A DNA stretch of 64,000 nucleotides. Origin: an uncultured Methanosarcinales archaeon. Its GTDB lineage: Archaea > Nanobdellota > Nanobdellia > Woesearchaeales > JACPBV01. A model generated the notes under the pieces. It was given only the letters and a program-made list of their open reading frames with translations, had not been told where the DNA came from and did no database searches. Within the stretch, counting starts at the first letter, position 1. The number at the start of each line of letters is the position of its first letter. The DNA is taken from contig CAZNZT010000007.1 in NCBI GenBank assembly GCA_964577685.1, positions 1 to 64,000 on the forward strand, read 5' to 3'. Of the stretch, positions 37,911 to 47,824 are shown piece after piece. A program made the position numbers and the translations under genes.

Positions 37911-39490
37911 GAAGACTAATATTTTTTTTGTTGGTCTTAAATTTGATGGTACCTTTTTGTTTTGCAGAGGGGAGATTAAAGGTTGAAAAGAAACTTAAGG
38001 ATAGTACATTAAAGGTAGGGGACCAAGCGATTGTACAGCTGAGATTTATAAATCCATTCAATAGGGAGCTCCATATCAGAATTGTTGATAAGAATATCAT
38101 TGCAAATAATGGTTTGGATATACAATGTTTGGAGTATACTTTACCTGCTGAAAGAGAGTCGTTGTTGGAGTACTCTCCTATAGAATTGTTTAAGGATGGA
38201 GAATTTGTTCTGGACAGGGCTAGAGTTGATTATGTTAATCCAGAAACTAGTAAGGAAGAAACAGTGGAGTCTAATACGCTTAAAGTGGAGGTTAAGAAAT
38301 CTAAGAAAGCTGTTGCAAGGTCCCAGGGTATTACTACAATATACCAGTGTGGTGGTACATCTATTAGGTCTACCTCCTATTCAAGTTCTGGCTCTTCAAT
38401 GTCTATCTCTATAGGAAGCCAAGGGGGAGTTATTTCAACAAATATAGGACAGGAGATTAATAGGATGGAAGAAATGTTCAATGAAATGTTCAATAGGCAG
38501 CCTAGAAACATTCAGAGTAGGATAGGAAATAATCAGCAAGCGCAAGATACTAGTGTATTGAAGAGACAAATTGCAGAACAAGCAAGAAAAAATGAAAAGA
38601 TGAGAAAAGAGTTCATAGAAAATCTTATGAGGAATCAGAAATTTCAAGAGAATAATCAGGAACTGCATGAATTGGGTTATAACATGACATCAATCACGGT
38701 TGAACCAATGGCTAATAATAGTGGTTCTTTTAGTATATCTTATGAAAAACCTAATGGTGAGAGGGCATCTTTGAAAGGAGAGCTTGAAAATGGGAAACTA
38801 GTAAATCTACATAGGTGGACAGCAGAGGATATGAGAAGAATGCTTGGAATCTTGCAGAGCGACCGAAGATTTAGAAAATATAATAATAGCCTACAAAAGA
38901 ATGGATTTATAAGATTGAATCCTAGGTTGGAGAATAAGGTAAATGAGTCTATAATTGTTGTTCCGTACAAAAAAGGTGACGAGAATGCAACGATTGTTGC
39001 TACCTTTGATGGGAATAAGATTAAAGAAATTAGATTAGAAACAAAAAAAGGTTACCCATATTTGTGGTTTTTAGTTTTTATTGCTATTGCTATTTTGGTT
39101 TGTTATGTTTATTATAGATATTATAAACACAAGAAAGTGGATAAAGAAGGCTTGAAAGAAAAAGAGGTTAAGAAAGAAAAAAGGCTTGATTATAAAAGTG
39201 AAGCAAGAAAAATGTTAGTTAGGGCAAAGGATTTATTTGCGAGGGGCTATGAGAAAGAGGCATATACTATGGTTTCAAGGGCTGTTAGATTTTATTACAG
39301 ACATCATCTTGGACTTGGTAAGGAGCTAACAAGGGACTTAGTTTTGAAGGAGTTAAAGAAAAGGGGCATGCCATTTAAGCAAGTAGAGGGATGCCTTGAT
39401 TTATGTGATTTGGTTAAGTTTGCAAAATATAAACCCAATAAGGGTGATTTTGGTAGAATAGTGGCTCTTGCGGAAAAAATTCTTCTTTAG
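37907..39490 (+). CDS. BatD-like secreted/membrane protein with C-terminal cytoplasmic helical domain
   Basis: Signal peptide, Ig-like start (LKVGDQAIV), TM, C-terminal CDLVKFAKYKP. Confidence 0.7.
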   Translation: MRRLIFFLLVLNLMVPFCFAEGRLKVEKKLKDSTLKVGDQAIVQLRFINPFNRELHIRIVDKNIIANNGLDIQCLEYTLPAERESLLEYSPIELFKDGEFVLDRARVDYVNPETSKEETVESNTLKVEVKKSKKAVARSQGITTIYQCGGTSIRSTSYSSSGSSMSISIGSQGGVISTNIGQEINRMEEMFNEMFNRQPRNIQSRIGNNQQAQDTSVLKRQIAEQARKNEKMRKEFIENLMRNQKFQENNQELHELGYNMTSITVEPMANNSGSFSISYEKPNGERASLKGELENGKLVNLHRWTAEDMRRMLGILQSDRRFRKYNNSLQKNGFIRLNPRLENKVNESIIVVPYKKGDENATIVATFDGNKIKEIRLETKKGYPYLWFLVFIAIAILVCYVYYRYYKHKKVDKEGLKEKEVKKEKRLDYKSEARKMLVRAKDLFARGYEKEAYTMVSRAVRFYYRHHLGLGKELTRDLVLKELKKRGMPFKQVEGCLDLCDLVKFAKYKPNKGDFGRIVALAEKILL

Positions 39491-39843
39491 ATTTCCATAA
39501 CCCCTTTCTTGGTTAGGGCTACTAATCTTATTCCTAAACCAAGCTTCAAAAGGGCAGAGATTAAAGCCATGTGCTCTCTCCCTTCTCCAGATACTATGTT
39601 TAGTGCTACTTCAAAATCTTTTATCTTCTCTTCAAGTGCTTTTTTTATCTCTTCTGCCATTTCTGTTATTGTCTTTCTTGTATCTATCATAATAAACTCG
39701 GTGTTTTTTGTTTTTTTGAATTCTTCTTCCCATTGTTTATTAGTAATCAGAAATATTTTATCCCAGTTAATTGCTTCCATTACCTTTTTTACATGGGCTC
39801 TTGTTCCCTTTCCAGAACTCAGGCAGGCTATAAGACTTGTCAT
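39487..39843 (-). CDS. Hypothetical Rossmann-like protein, possibly a stand-alone CARF-like domain
   Basis: LIACLSSGKGT...KIFLIT...VALNIVSGEGREHMAL. Confidence 0.6.
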   Translation of the reverse strand: MTSLIACLSSGKGTRAHVKKVMEAINWDKIFLITNKQWEEEFKKTKNTEFIMIDTRKTITEMAEEIKKALEEKIKDFEVALNIVSGEGREHMALISALLKLGLGIRLVALTKKGVMEI

Positions 39844-39959
39844 AAATAAAAGGTTTTTATTTTCATTTATATATTTTCTTGTGTTTTTTAATTGTTTTAG
39901 TAGTTGTTATGCTATTGTGATTCATAAACTTTAAATATTCTTTTATTTTATTTGGATTT

Positions 39960-40766
39960 ATGGTAAAAAAATTGTTTTTTTTGGGTTTGCTTTTAGTTAT
40001 AATTCTTGTTGTTGGTTGTGTGAAGGAGAAAGTTGTTTCTTCTAAAGAAGCAGGAAAGGCTAGTATAGAAGAAAAACAATCTAAACATGAAACTGAACAA
40101 GAGCAAGCAATTGAAGAAGGAGAGGGAATAACAAAAGAAGAAGTAAAAAAAGAAGAGAGTGAGGAAGAAATACCAGAAGAAGTAGAAGAAGAAAGAATAG
40201 TGAAAGAAGAGGAGATAAAATCTGAAGAGAAGGTAATAGAGCAGGAAGAACTAGAAAATGTTACTATTTCTGAAGAAATCCAGAATATTTTTGAGCGCTC
40301 AAAAACAAGGATAAAGAGTTACTTTTATCAATATATAAGCCCATCTGGTAAGCAGTACTACATTTATGTAAAGGGTAGCAGGATTGTTATTAATCCTATT
40401 CCCACACCAAATAAGATATATCTTGACAAGGAAAAAAAGAAGGCAGAGGAGTATTGTGTTATATACTCAAAGTGTATGAGGCATTTTGGGAAAATAGCAG
40501 ATTTGGATTATGATGAAGCATATATTGAGACACCCATAGATTGGTTGGAGAAGATAACAGAAGCAAGAAAATTAAATGAGGAGATTTATAATGGCAGAAG
40601 AAGCTGGAAGCTTGAGACTAATATAGGTGTAGTGATAATAGATACTCACTATGGATTTATATATAAAATAAAGCAAGATGATAAGGTATATTCTTTCATT
40701 AATGTTGCATTTAATACTGTAAAGGATAGTGATGTTACTGTTCCAGAATATCTTTCTTCAGATTAA
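39960..40766 (+). CDS. Lipoprotein with Glu-rich linker and beta-rich (LolA-like) C-domain
   Basis: Lipobox LVVGC; acidic low-complexity segment. Confidence 0.75.
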   Translation: MVKKLFFLGLLLVIILVVGCVKEKVVSSKEAGKASIEEKQSKHETEQEQAIEEGEGITKEEVKKEESEEEIPEEVEEERIVKEEEIKSEEKVIEQEELENVTISEEIQNIFERSKTRIKSYFYQYISPSGKQYYIYVKGSRIVINPIPTPNKIYLDKEKKKAEEYCVIYSKCMRHFGKIADLDYDEAYIETPIDWLEKITEARKLNEEIYNGRRSWKLETNIGVVIIDTHYGFIYKIKQDDKVYSFINVAFNTVKDSDVTVPEYLSSD

Positions 40767-42217
40767 CTTTCTGAAAGCTTTAGCAATTCTTCGAATTTTA
40801 CCTTACGCTTAATTAATTTTTTTAAGACCTCTGTCAAGTCATCAATCTTTATTCTAACTTGTTTTGTTGTGTCCCTGTCTCTGATTGTTACTGTTTTGTC
40901 TTTTAATGTATCAAAATCTATTGTTATGCAATAGGGTATTCCTATTTCATCTGCTCTTGCATATCTCCTTCCAATAGAACCACTTTTGTCAAATATCGTG
41001 TTAAATTCTGATTTTATGTTGTTAAATATCCTCCTTGCTTCATCATTTAGTTTGTTCACTAGTGGAAATACCCCTGCTTTTATTGGTGCAAGCCTTGGGT
41101 CTAGGTTTAGTACTATATTCCCCCTTTCTTTATTATAGCTGTACGCTTCAAACATGAATGTTAAGAATGCTCTGTCAATCCCCTGTGATGGTTCACTAAC
41201 AACATATGGAATAACTTTTTCTTTGCTTTCTTCCTCATAGTATTCCAAATTGCTCTTTGAAAATAGCATATGTTGTTTTAAATCAAACTGCTGCCTGTTT
41301 GCGTTTCCATGTATCTCTTTCCAGCCAAATGGGAATTTATATTCTATATCAAAACATGTTAGTGCATAGTGTGCTAGTTCTTCCTTTAGATGTTCCCTTA
41401 TCCTCAGGTTTTCTTTTTTTATTCCGAATTCAACAAAGAATTTATAGAATTTTGCTAGCCAATATGCCTGCCAGCTTGATGTTATGTTCTTTTTTATCAT
41501 TTCATCTATCTTCATCTCTCTGTGAGGTTTTCCTTTTTTTTGTTCTTCTGCTGTTATTATATTTACCTTCATATTTTTTACTTCATCTATTATGGGGCAA
41601 TCATTTAGCCTTTTTGGATGTACAAAGAACTCTATTTCAAATTGTTCAAACTCTCTGGTTCTAAACAGAAAATCTCTTGGAGATATCTCATTTCTGAATG
41701 CCTTTCCTATTTGGGCAATACCGAATGGTAGCTTTTTTCTAGCATTCTCCATTACTTGCTTGTAGTTGGTGAATATTATCTGGGCTGTTTCAGGCCTTAG
41801 GTAGGCTATGTTTTCTTTATTCTTGACCGGACCTATCTGGGTTGTGAACATTAGATTGAACTTTCCTTGATTTTCCATTTCGTTTTTACATTTTGGACAT
41901 TTCATTCCTTTTTCATCCTCGCCTTTTGTTATTGTTCCACATTTATTGCATTTATAGATATAATCTGTGAAACTATCAACATGGCCAGAGGCCCTCCATA
42001 CCTTTGGATGTGTTATTATTGAACCATCTATACCTACTATGTCCTCCCTTTCATTTACAAACCTCTTCCAGAAAGCCTTTTTTATGTTATTTTTTAGCTC
42101 TATACCAAGAGGGCCATAATCAAAGAATCCAGAAAAGCCACCATATATTTCTGCTGTTGGATATACAAAACCTTTCTTTTTACAAAAAACTGATATTTCG
42201 TTTATTGATATTGCCAT
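40763..42217 (-). CDS. glyS: Glycyl-tRNA synthetase, homodimeric archaeal/eukaryal type
   Basis: DYGPLG, FNLMF.T, YLRPETAQ, FRNEISPR..LFRTREFEQ, SIGRRYARADEIG. Confidence 0.97.
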   Translation of the reverse strand: MAISINEISVFCKKKGFVYPTAEIYGGFSGFFDYGPLGIELKNNIKKAFWKRFVNEREDIVGIDGSIITHPKVWRASGHVDSFTDYIYKCNKCGTITKGEDEKGMKCPKCKNEMENQGKFNLMFTTQIGPVKNKENIAYLRPETAQIIFTNYKQVMENARKKLPFGIAQIGKAFRNEISPRDFLFRTREFEQFEIEFFVHPKRLNDCPIIDEVKNMKVNIITAEEQKKGKPHREMKIDEMIKKNITSSWQAYWLAKFYKFFVEFGIKKENLRIREHLKEELAHYALTCFDIEYKFPFGWKEIHGNANRQQFDLKQHMLFSKSNLEYYEEESKEKVIPYVVSEPSQGIDRAFLTFMFEAYSYNKERGNIVLNLDPRLAPIKAGVFPLVNKLNDEARRIFNNIKSEFNTIFDKSGSIGRRYARADEIGIPYCITIDFDTLKDKTVTIRDRDTTKQVRIKIDDLTEVLKKLIKRKVKFEELLKLSES

Positions 42218-42266
42218 GGACTATTTGGGTTTAGATTGTAATTTAAATTATTTTTGTTTATTCTTT

Positions 42267-42845
42267 TTATGTTACAAAAATAAGGTTGTCTGGCCAATCA
42301 TTTTTTATTATTCCATTTGTTATGTTTAATCTTGGGATATAGTTATGGAGGTGCTGTAGTGTGTCTGTTATTTCTAGGCTTACTATCTCTTTTATAGCAT
42401 CTTCACCGAATATTGTTTTTATTTTTGGGATAAGGTCCGCATTGAATATTTCCATTAGCTCTTCTTTCTCTTTTGCTTCCATTAGCATAATAAGGGCTAG
42501 AAGCCCATTTGTTTCTCCTAGATACATGCTTGCTGTGTGTTTTATATTTATTATGCCCTTTTCTATAAAGAAATTCTCTAGAAATTGATTTCTTGTGATT
42601 CCCTCTCTGAATTTTATTATATACAGCTTTCTTGTGTTGAATAAATTAACTCCATCTTTCCATGTATTAAGATAAGCAAAATAGTATAGCAGGTTTTCTC
42701 TTTCTAGGTGCTTTCTTTTTCTGTTTACTGTTTTTGTTGGTATCTTTGTGTTTATTGATATTTGATTGTCGCTTATTTTTGGATTTTTTATTATCTCTCT
42801 TATTATTGATATTTCTCTCTCATCCAAATTTTTCATAGAAACCAC
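42267..42845 (-). CDS. Lrp/AsnC-like HTH regulator
   Basis: LDEREISIIRE...ISDNQIS....TVNRKRKHLE; divergent from the GT4/GH57 operon. Confidence 0.75.
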   Translation of the reverse strand: MVSMKNLDEREISIIREIIKNPKISDNQISINTKIPTKTVNRKRKHLERENLLYYFAYLNTWKDGVNLFNTRKLYIIKFREGITRNQFLENFFIEKGIINIKHTASMYLGETNGLLALIMLMEAKEKEELMEIFNADLIPKIKTIFGEDAIKEIVSLEITDTLQHLHNYIPRLNITNGIIKNDWPDNLIFVT

Positions 42846-43019
42846 CTTTTTGACATTTTTGTGTCACAAAACAATATTAAATGATATAAATATGTTTCTA
42901 TTTTTTAGTAACTACTAGTTAGGTAAGACTTAAGTTTAAATAGATATTTATCCTCTATTCCTTAGGTTGAGTATAGCTTTTTTGTTTTTATGGATTTATT
43001 TTGTGGAGGATGATTTGCC

Positions 43020-44222
43020 TTGAAGGTCCTAATGCTTGGTTGGGAGTTTCCACCGTACAGCTCTGGTGGATTGGGAACTGCCTGTTATGGTTTGATAAAG
43101 GGATTAAGCAATAGGGGTGTGGATGTTTCCCTTGTTTTACCTGTGAAATACGAATCAAAGCTAGATTTTGTGAGAATAATTCCTTCTGGTGACTTGAGGC
43201 TAACTACAACAAAGGTAAATTCTTCGCTTTTTGCTTATGCAACACCTAGTAGTTATAAATCTGCTGTTGGGGTTTTTCATAATTCTGATTCTATCTATGG
43301 GGGTGATTTGTTTGAGGAGGTTTACAGGTACTCAAAAAAGGTTGAGGAGATAGCAAAGAATGAAGACTATGATGTCATACATTGCCATGATTGGATGACT
43401 TTTATAGCTGGTATTAATGCAAAGAGGATTTCAAAGAAACCTTTGGTTGTTCATGTCCATGCAACAGAGTTTGATAGAACTGCTGGATTGGGTGTTAATC
43501 AACTTGTTTATGATATAGAAAGAAGAGGGATGCATGCTGCTGATGCCATAATTGCTGTAAGTAATTTTACAAAAGGTAAGATTATAGAACATTATGGTGT
43601 TCATAAGGATAAGATCTTGGTTGTTCATAATGCTGTTGATTTTAATGATAACCATCATTATGAGGGGTTTGAGATTAAGGATAGCTATAAGATTGTCTTG
43701 TTTCTTGGTAGGATAACCATACAGAAAGGACCAGATTATTTTTTATATGCAGCAAGAAGGGTTTTAGAATATGAGCCGAATGTTTTGTTTGTAATTGCTG
43801 GCTCTGGCGATATGGAAGCTCAGATAATAGAAAAAGCTGCAGAACTCGGCATAAGCGATAGAGTTTTGTTTGCTGGTTTTCTGAAGGGAGAAGATGTTGA
43901 TAGGGCATATAAGATGGCGGATTTGTATGTTATGCCCTCTGTTTCAGAACCATTTGGTATAACTCCCTTGGAAGCTATGAGGAACAATACACCAGTCATA
44001 ATATCAAAGCAAAGTGGGGTTAGTGAGGTAATAAACCATTGTTTAAAAGTGGATTTTTGGGATATAAATGAAATGAGCAATATGATAATCTCTGTTTTGA
44101 GATATGGTGAACTTAGGGAATGTTTGGGAAGAAATGGTTTTTTTGAGGTAAAAAAGTTTAATTGGGACGAGCCAGCAGAGAAGTGCATATCCCTTTATAA
44201 TAATCTCTTGGGTGTTGTATAA
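43020..44222 (+). CDS. GT4 glycosyltransferase, glycogen/alpha-glucan synthase-like
   Basis: MLGWEFPP..SGGLG, HCHDWMT, GRITIQKG, PSVSEPFGITPLEA. Confidence 0.92.
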   Translation: MKVLMLGWEFPPYSSGGLGTACYGLIKGLSNRGVDVSLVLPVKYESKLDFVRIIPSGDLRLTTTKVNSSLFAYATPSSYKSAVGVFHNSDSIYGGDLFEEVYRYSKKVEEIAKNEDYDVIHCHDWMTFIAGINAKRISKKPLVVHVHATEFDRTAGLGVNQLVYDIERRGMHAADAIIAVSNFTKGKIIEHYGVHKDKILVVHNAVDFNDNHHYEGFEIKDSYKIVLFLGRITIQKGPDYFLYAARRVLEYEPNVLFVIAGSGDMEAQIIEKAAELGISDRVLFAGFLKGEDVDRAYKMADLYVMPSVSEPFGITPLEAMRNNTPVIISKQSGVSEVINHCLKVDFWDINEMSNMIISVLRYGELRECLGRNGFFEVKKFNWDEPAEKCISLYNNLLGVV

Positions 44223-45429
44223 AATGGTCTCAGTATGTTTTTATTTTCAAGTACATCAACCATATCGGTTGAGGAATTATTCTGTTTTTGACATAGGTCA
44301 TAATAGTAATTATTTTGATGATGCAAGGAATAAAGAGATATTATTAAAAGTCGCAAAGAAATGTTATATCCCAACAAATAAAATAATACTTCAACTGATA
44401 AATAAGACTGGTGGGAGGTTTAAGGTAAGCTACTCAATAACTGGTATAGCCCTAGAACAGTTTGAGCAATTTTGTCCAGATGTTATTGATAGTTTTAGGG
44501 CTCTAGTAGATAGCGGGAATGTTGAATTGCTTAGCGAGACATATCATCATTCACTTGCTTTTTTGTATTCAAGAAAAGAGTTCAAAAAGCAAGTTGATAT
44601 GCATAATAAGAAAATAAGAGAGCTTTTTGGTTACAAGCCAAAAGTATTTAGGAACACAGAGCTTATTTATAATAATGAGTTGGCAAGGTTTATAGAGGGG
44701 ATGGGGTATAACGCGGTATTAGCTGAAGGGGCTGATCATGTGCTTGGTTGGAGGTCTCCGAATTTTGTTTATAAACCAATAAATGGTAAGATAAGACTCT
44801 TGTTGAAGAATTATAGACTGAGTGATGATATTGCATTCAGGTTTTCTGATAGAAACTGGAGCGAGTGGCCTCTAACAGCACCAAAGTTTGCTAGTTGGAT
44901 AAATTCTATTAATGGTAGTGTAGTTAATCTTTTTATGGATTATGAGACCTTTGGGGAACATCAGTGGGATGATAAAGGAATTTTTGATTTCTTGTTGCAT
45001 CTTCCTAATGAAATATTAAACAACAAGGATAATGATTTTGTAACCCCTTCCGAAATAGTTAGGAGATACAAGCCAGTAGGTGAACTTGATGTACCAAATA
45101 CGATAAGCTGGGCTGATATAGAAAGGGACATTTCTGCTTGGTTAGGTAATAAAATGCAACATTCTGCAGTGAGTGCTATTTATGCATTGGAAAATGAAAT
45201 AATAAATTCAAACAACAAGGAGCTTATTGAGGATTGGAGAAAATTACAGATTTCTGACCATTTTTATTATATGTGTACAAAATGGTTTAATGACGGTGAT
45301 GTTCATAAATATTTTAACCCCTATGAAAGCCCATATAAGGCGTTTATTAGCTTTATGAATGCTCTTAATGACTTGAGGTTTAGGCTAGAAAAAGAAAAAA
45401 AAGAAAATTTTATATATGTAGCTAACTAA
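44212..45429 (+). CDS. GH57 alpha-amylase-like hydrolase; likely start ATG 44224
   Basis: FQVHQP, ETYHHS, FRNTELIY, MDYETFGEH, SDHFYYM. Confidence 0.93.
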   Translation: MLYKMVSVCFYFQVHQPYRLRNYSVFDIGHNSNYFDDARNKEILLKVAKKCYIPTNKIILQLINKTGGRFKVSYSITGIALEQFEQFCPDVIDSFRALVDSGNVELLSETYHHSLAFLYSRKEFKKQVDMHNKKIRELFGYKPKVFRNTELIYNNELARFIEGMGYNAVLAEGADHVLGWRSPNFVYKPINGKIRLLLKNYRLSDDIAFRFSDRNWSEWPLTAPKFASWINSINGSVVNLFMDYETFGEHQWDDKGIFDFLLHLPNEILNNKDNDFVTPSEIVRRYKPVGELDVPNTISWADIERDISAWLGNKMQHSAVSAIYALENEIINSNNKELIEDWRKLQISDHFYYMCTKWFNDGDVHKYFNPYESPYKAFISFMNALNDLRFRLEKEKKENFIYVAN

Positions 45430-45443
45430 TAGGGGAATGAAAT

Positions 45444-46100
45444 ATGTTTTTAGATAAGCTTTTTTTTAAAAGGGGAAAAAAAGAGGGGGTGGAAAAAGAA
45501 CTGTTAGATAAATATCTTTCTGCTTTATCTGATTATATTCATAGGGCACTTAGTAATGGTTTGAGTGAGAGAGAAACAAGAAAAGCTTTAGTATCTGCTG
45601 GTTGGCCCAAGAGAATAGTTGATAACGAAATTTTTAAAATCAAATTTTTTAATGACCAGAAAAAACAGAAGATTAAGACTAGATTAAGATTACCTACTTG
45701 TAAAAAAGAAATTAAAAACAAAAAGATAGGAAAAAATGATAATTCAAAATTAAAATATAAGAAGAGGAGAGCTAGAGGTGATAAAATGCCGAGGAGAATG
45801 AAAAAAGAAGAGGCCGAACATATTCTAAGGAATGTGCCTCCCGAGAATTGCTTTTGGGTAAATAATGGACCTATAATAGGAAGTTTAGAGGCTCTTAGAG
45901 ATTCACTAAGCCAGATTGGAGATGAGACATTTTCTTACCATGTAAATAATGAGAAAAACGATTTTAGTACATGGATAAGCGAGGTTGTTGGTGATAAAAC
46001 TTTGGCAAGAAGCATAGCAAGAGTTAAGACAAAACAGACATTGGTTAAAAGGGTTGCAGATAGGATAGATTATTTAAAGAGCATTGTTGAGTCCAAATAA
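45444..46100 (+). CDS. Small helical N-domain + DUF5752-like domain protein
   Basis: YIHRALSNG....RKALVSAGW; FWVNNG...HVNNEKNDFSTWISEVVGD. Confidence 0.75.
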   Translation: MFLDKLFFKRGKKEGVEKELLDKYLSALSDYIHRALSNGLSERETRKALVSAGWPKRIVDNEIFKIKFFNDQKKQKIKTRLRLPTCKKEIKNKKIGKNDNSKLKYKKRRARGDKMPRRMKKEEAEHILRNVPPENCFWVNNGPIIGSLEALRDSLSQIGDETFSYHVNNEKNDFSTWISEVVGDKTLARSIARVKTKQTLVKRVADRIDYLKSIVESK

Positions 46101-46121
46101 GGCCAATTTAAAAAACAAAAA

Positions 46122-46685
46122 ATGGAAAGTTCAAATAGGGAAATACCACCAGAAAATTATTTCTGGGTTAGGAATGGCGTTATAATAAAAAACCTAGCAG
46201 AGTTAAGGACAGCAATTGCACAGATGGATGACTTTACATTTGGTTATCATGTTAATGATAATAAAAATGATTTTAGTGATTGGATAAGATATGTTATTGG
46301 GAATGAAAGGCTTGCTAGTAGGGTAGCTGGAAAGATTAGTAAAGAGGGTATGATTAGTGCAATAGAAGAAGAATTAAGAACAGGGGAAGAAGGAACAGGA
46401 GAAGAGTTAGAAGATAAACCTAATCAGACATATCTTGGGTCAGAAACTGATAGAAATCCTAATGTTGATTCAAAGAAGATTGAGGAAATACTTATGAGGG
46501 AAAAGGAGATAGAAAAGAAAGAAGAGAAGATAAAGGAGATAGAAGGAGAGATTGAAAAGAGGTTGGAGGAGATGAAAAAAGAGAAAGATTCAAGATTTTT
46601 TTCAAAGGAGTTTGTACAGGGCATTATTGTAGGTGTGCTTCTTGCTGTTGCTGCTGTTTTGGTGTATATTAAGTTTTTTTTATAG
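46122..46685 (+). CDS. DUF5752-like domain + coiled coil + C-terminal TM
   Basis: FWVRNG...HVNDNKNDFSDWIRYVIGN; C-terminal hydrophobic helix. Confidence 0.78.
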   Translation: MESSNREIPPENYFWVRNGVIIKNLAELRTAIAQMDDFTFGYHVNDNKNDFSDWIRYVIGNERLASRVAGKISKEGMISAIEEELRTGEEGTGEELEDKPNQTYLGSETDRNPNVDSKKIEEILMREKEIEKKEEKIKEIEGEIEKRLEEMKKEKDSRFFSKEFVQGIIVGVLLAVAAVLVYIKFFL

Positions 46686-46718
46686 TTTTAGATTAGTGAA
46701 ACAAGGAAAATAAATGGG

Positions 46719-47033
46719 GTGATCCAAATGGATGAGAGGAGGATAGAGGTAAGAAATTTTTTGTTGAGGGATGATATAAGCCCAGAAAAGCATTTTTGGG
46801 CAAGAGATGGTACTATAATAAGAAATTTAAGTGAACTAGAACCAGCAATAGATAGTATGGATGATGAAACATTTAGTTTTCATGTAAATGAGGAGAAAAA
46901 TGACTTTAGTAGTTGGGTAAGAGATGTAATAGGAGATAGTGAATTAGCGGAACAATTATCGGCTACAAGGGATAAGACAAGGACTCAGCTTTTAGTACTT
47001 AGAAGGATACTCTCTCTGCTAAAACAGAAATGA
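46719..47033 (+). CDS. Stand-alone DUF5752-like protein
   Basis: FWARDG...HVNEEKNDFSSWVRDVIGD. Confidence 0.78.
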   Translation: MIQMDERRIEVRNFLLRDDISPEKHFWARDGTIIRNLSELEPAIDSMDDETFSFHVNEEKNDFSSWVRDVIGDSELAEQLSATRDKTRTQLLVLRRILSLLKQK

Positions 47034-47512
47034 ACGAAGAGATAGAAAAACTACATAGGATTTTAGGAGATGTAAAGCCAGAAGAATGTTTTTGGATAAA
47101 TAATGGGCCTATAGTCAGGAACATATATGAACTGATTAATGTTCTTCAGACTATAGATGATAGGACTTTTTCTTATCATGTTAATAAGGAAAGAAATGAT
47201 TTTAGTGTCTGGGTAAGGGCTGTCCTTGGCGATGAAGAACTAGCGGATAAATTACTAAAAACAAAAAACAGGAAGAGGATGTTAAATATCATTAGGGAGA
47301 GAGTAAGATGTATTGAGGGAATGATAGATAGCGCCTTAGAGAAAGAAAAAATAAACCATCTGGCTAATAATAAAGAGGTTATTCATAGGGAATTTAGCTT
47401 TGAGAGGGTATTTTTGGAACTGATAATAAGTTTTCTATTGGGTATTGTGGTTGGTGTTGTTGTGGGTATGTTACTTGAGCATTATTCCCTTATTCCAGTG
47501 GGTTGGTTCTAG
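47030..47512 (+). CDS. DUF5752-like domain + C-terminal TM
   Basis: FWINNG...HVNKERNDFSVWVRAVLGD; C-terminal TM. Confidence 0.78.
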   Translation: MNEEIEKLHRILGDVKPEECFWINNGPIVRNIYELINVLQTIDDRTFSYHVNKERNDFSVWVRAVLGDEELADKLLKTKNRKRMLNIIRERVRCIEGMIDSALEKEKINHLANNKEVIHREFSFERVFLELIISFLLGIVVGVVVGMLLEHYSLIPVGWF

Positions 47513-47622
47513 CGCTGTTTTGGTTTTTCTTTGGTATACTGATTAGTATACTAGTTTCTAAAATAGAAATTTTTATATATAAGTTCATATATGGAATTAA
47601 TATTAAAATTTTTGAGTCTTAG

Positions 47623-47823
47623 ATGAAACAGAAAATCAACAAAGGACAGAAGAAAGGAAAGAGATTGCCTCAGAATCAGATTAAGATACAGCAGTTAAAG
47701 AACAAACAATTCATAATAACTCTGCCTAGTATGTGGGCTAGTATTCTCAAGGTAAAAAAGGGTTCTGTTATTACTTTTATTCCTGGAAAAAATGGTGGTG
47801 TAGAAATAATAAAGATAAGGTAG
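47623..47823 (+). CDS. AbrB/MazE/SpoVT-like regulator
   Basis: KIQQLKNKQFIITLPS.WASILKVKKGS.I.F. Confidence 0.75.
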   Translation: MKQKINKGQKKGKRLPQNQIKIQQLKNKQFIITLPSMWASILKVKKGSVITFIPGKNGGVEIIKIR

Positions 47824-47824
47824 G

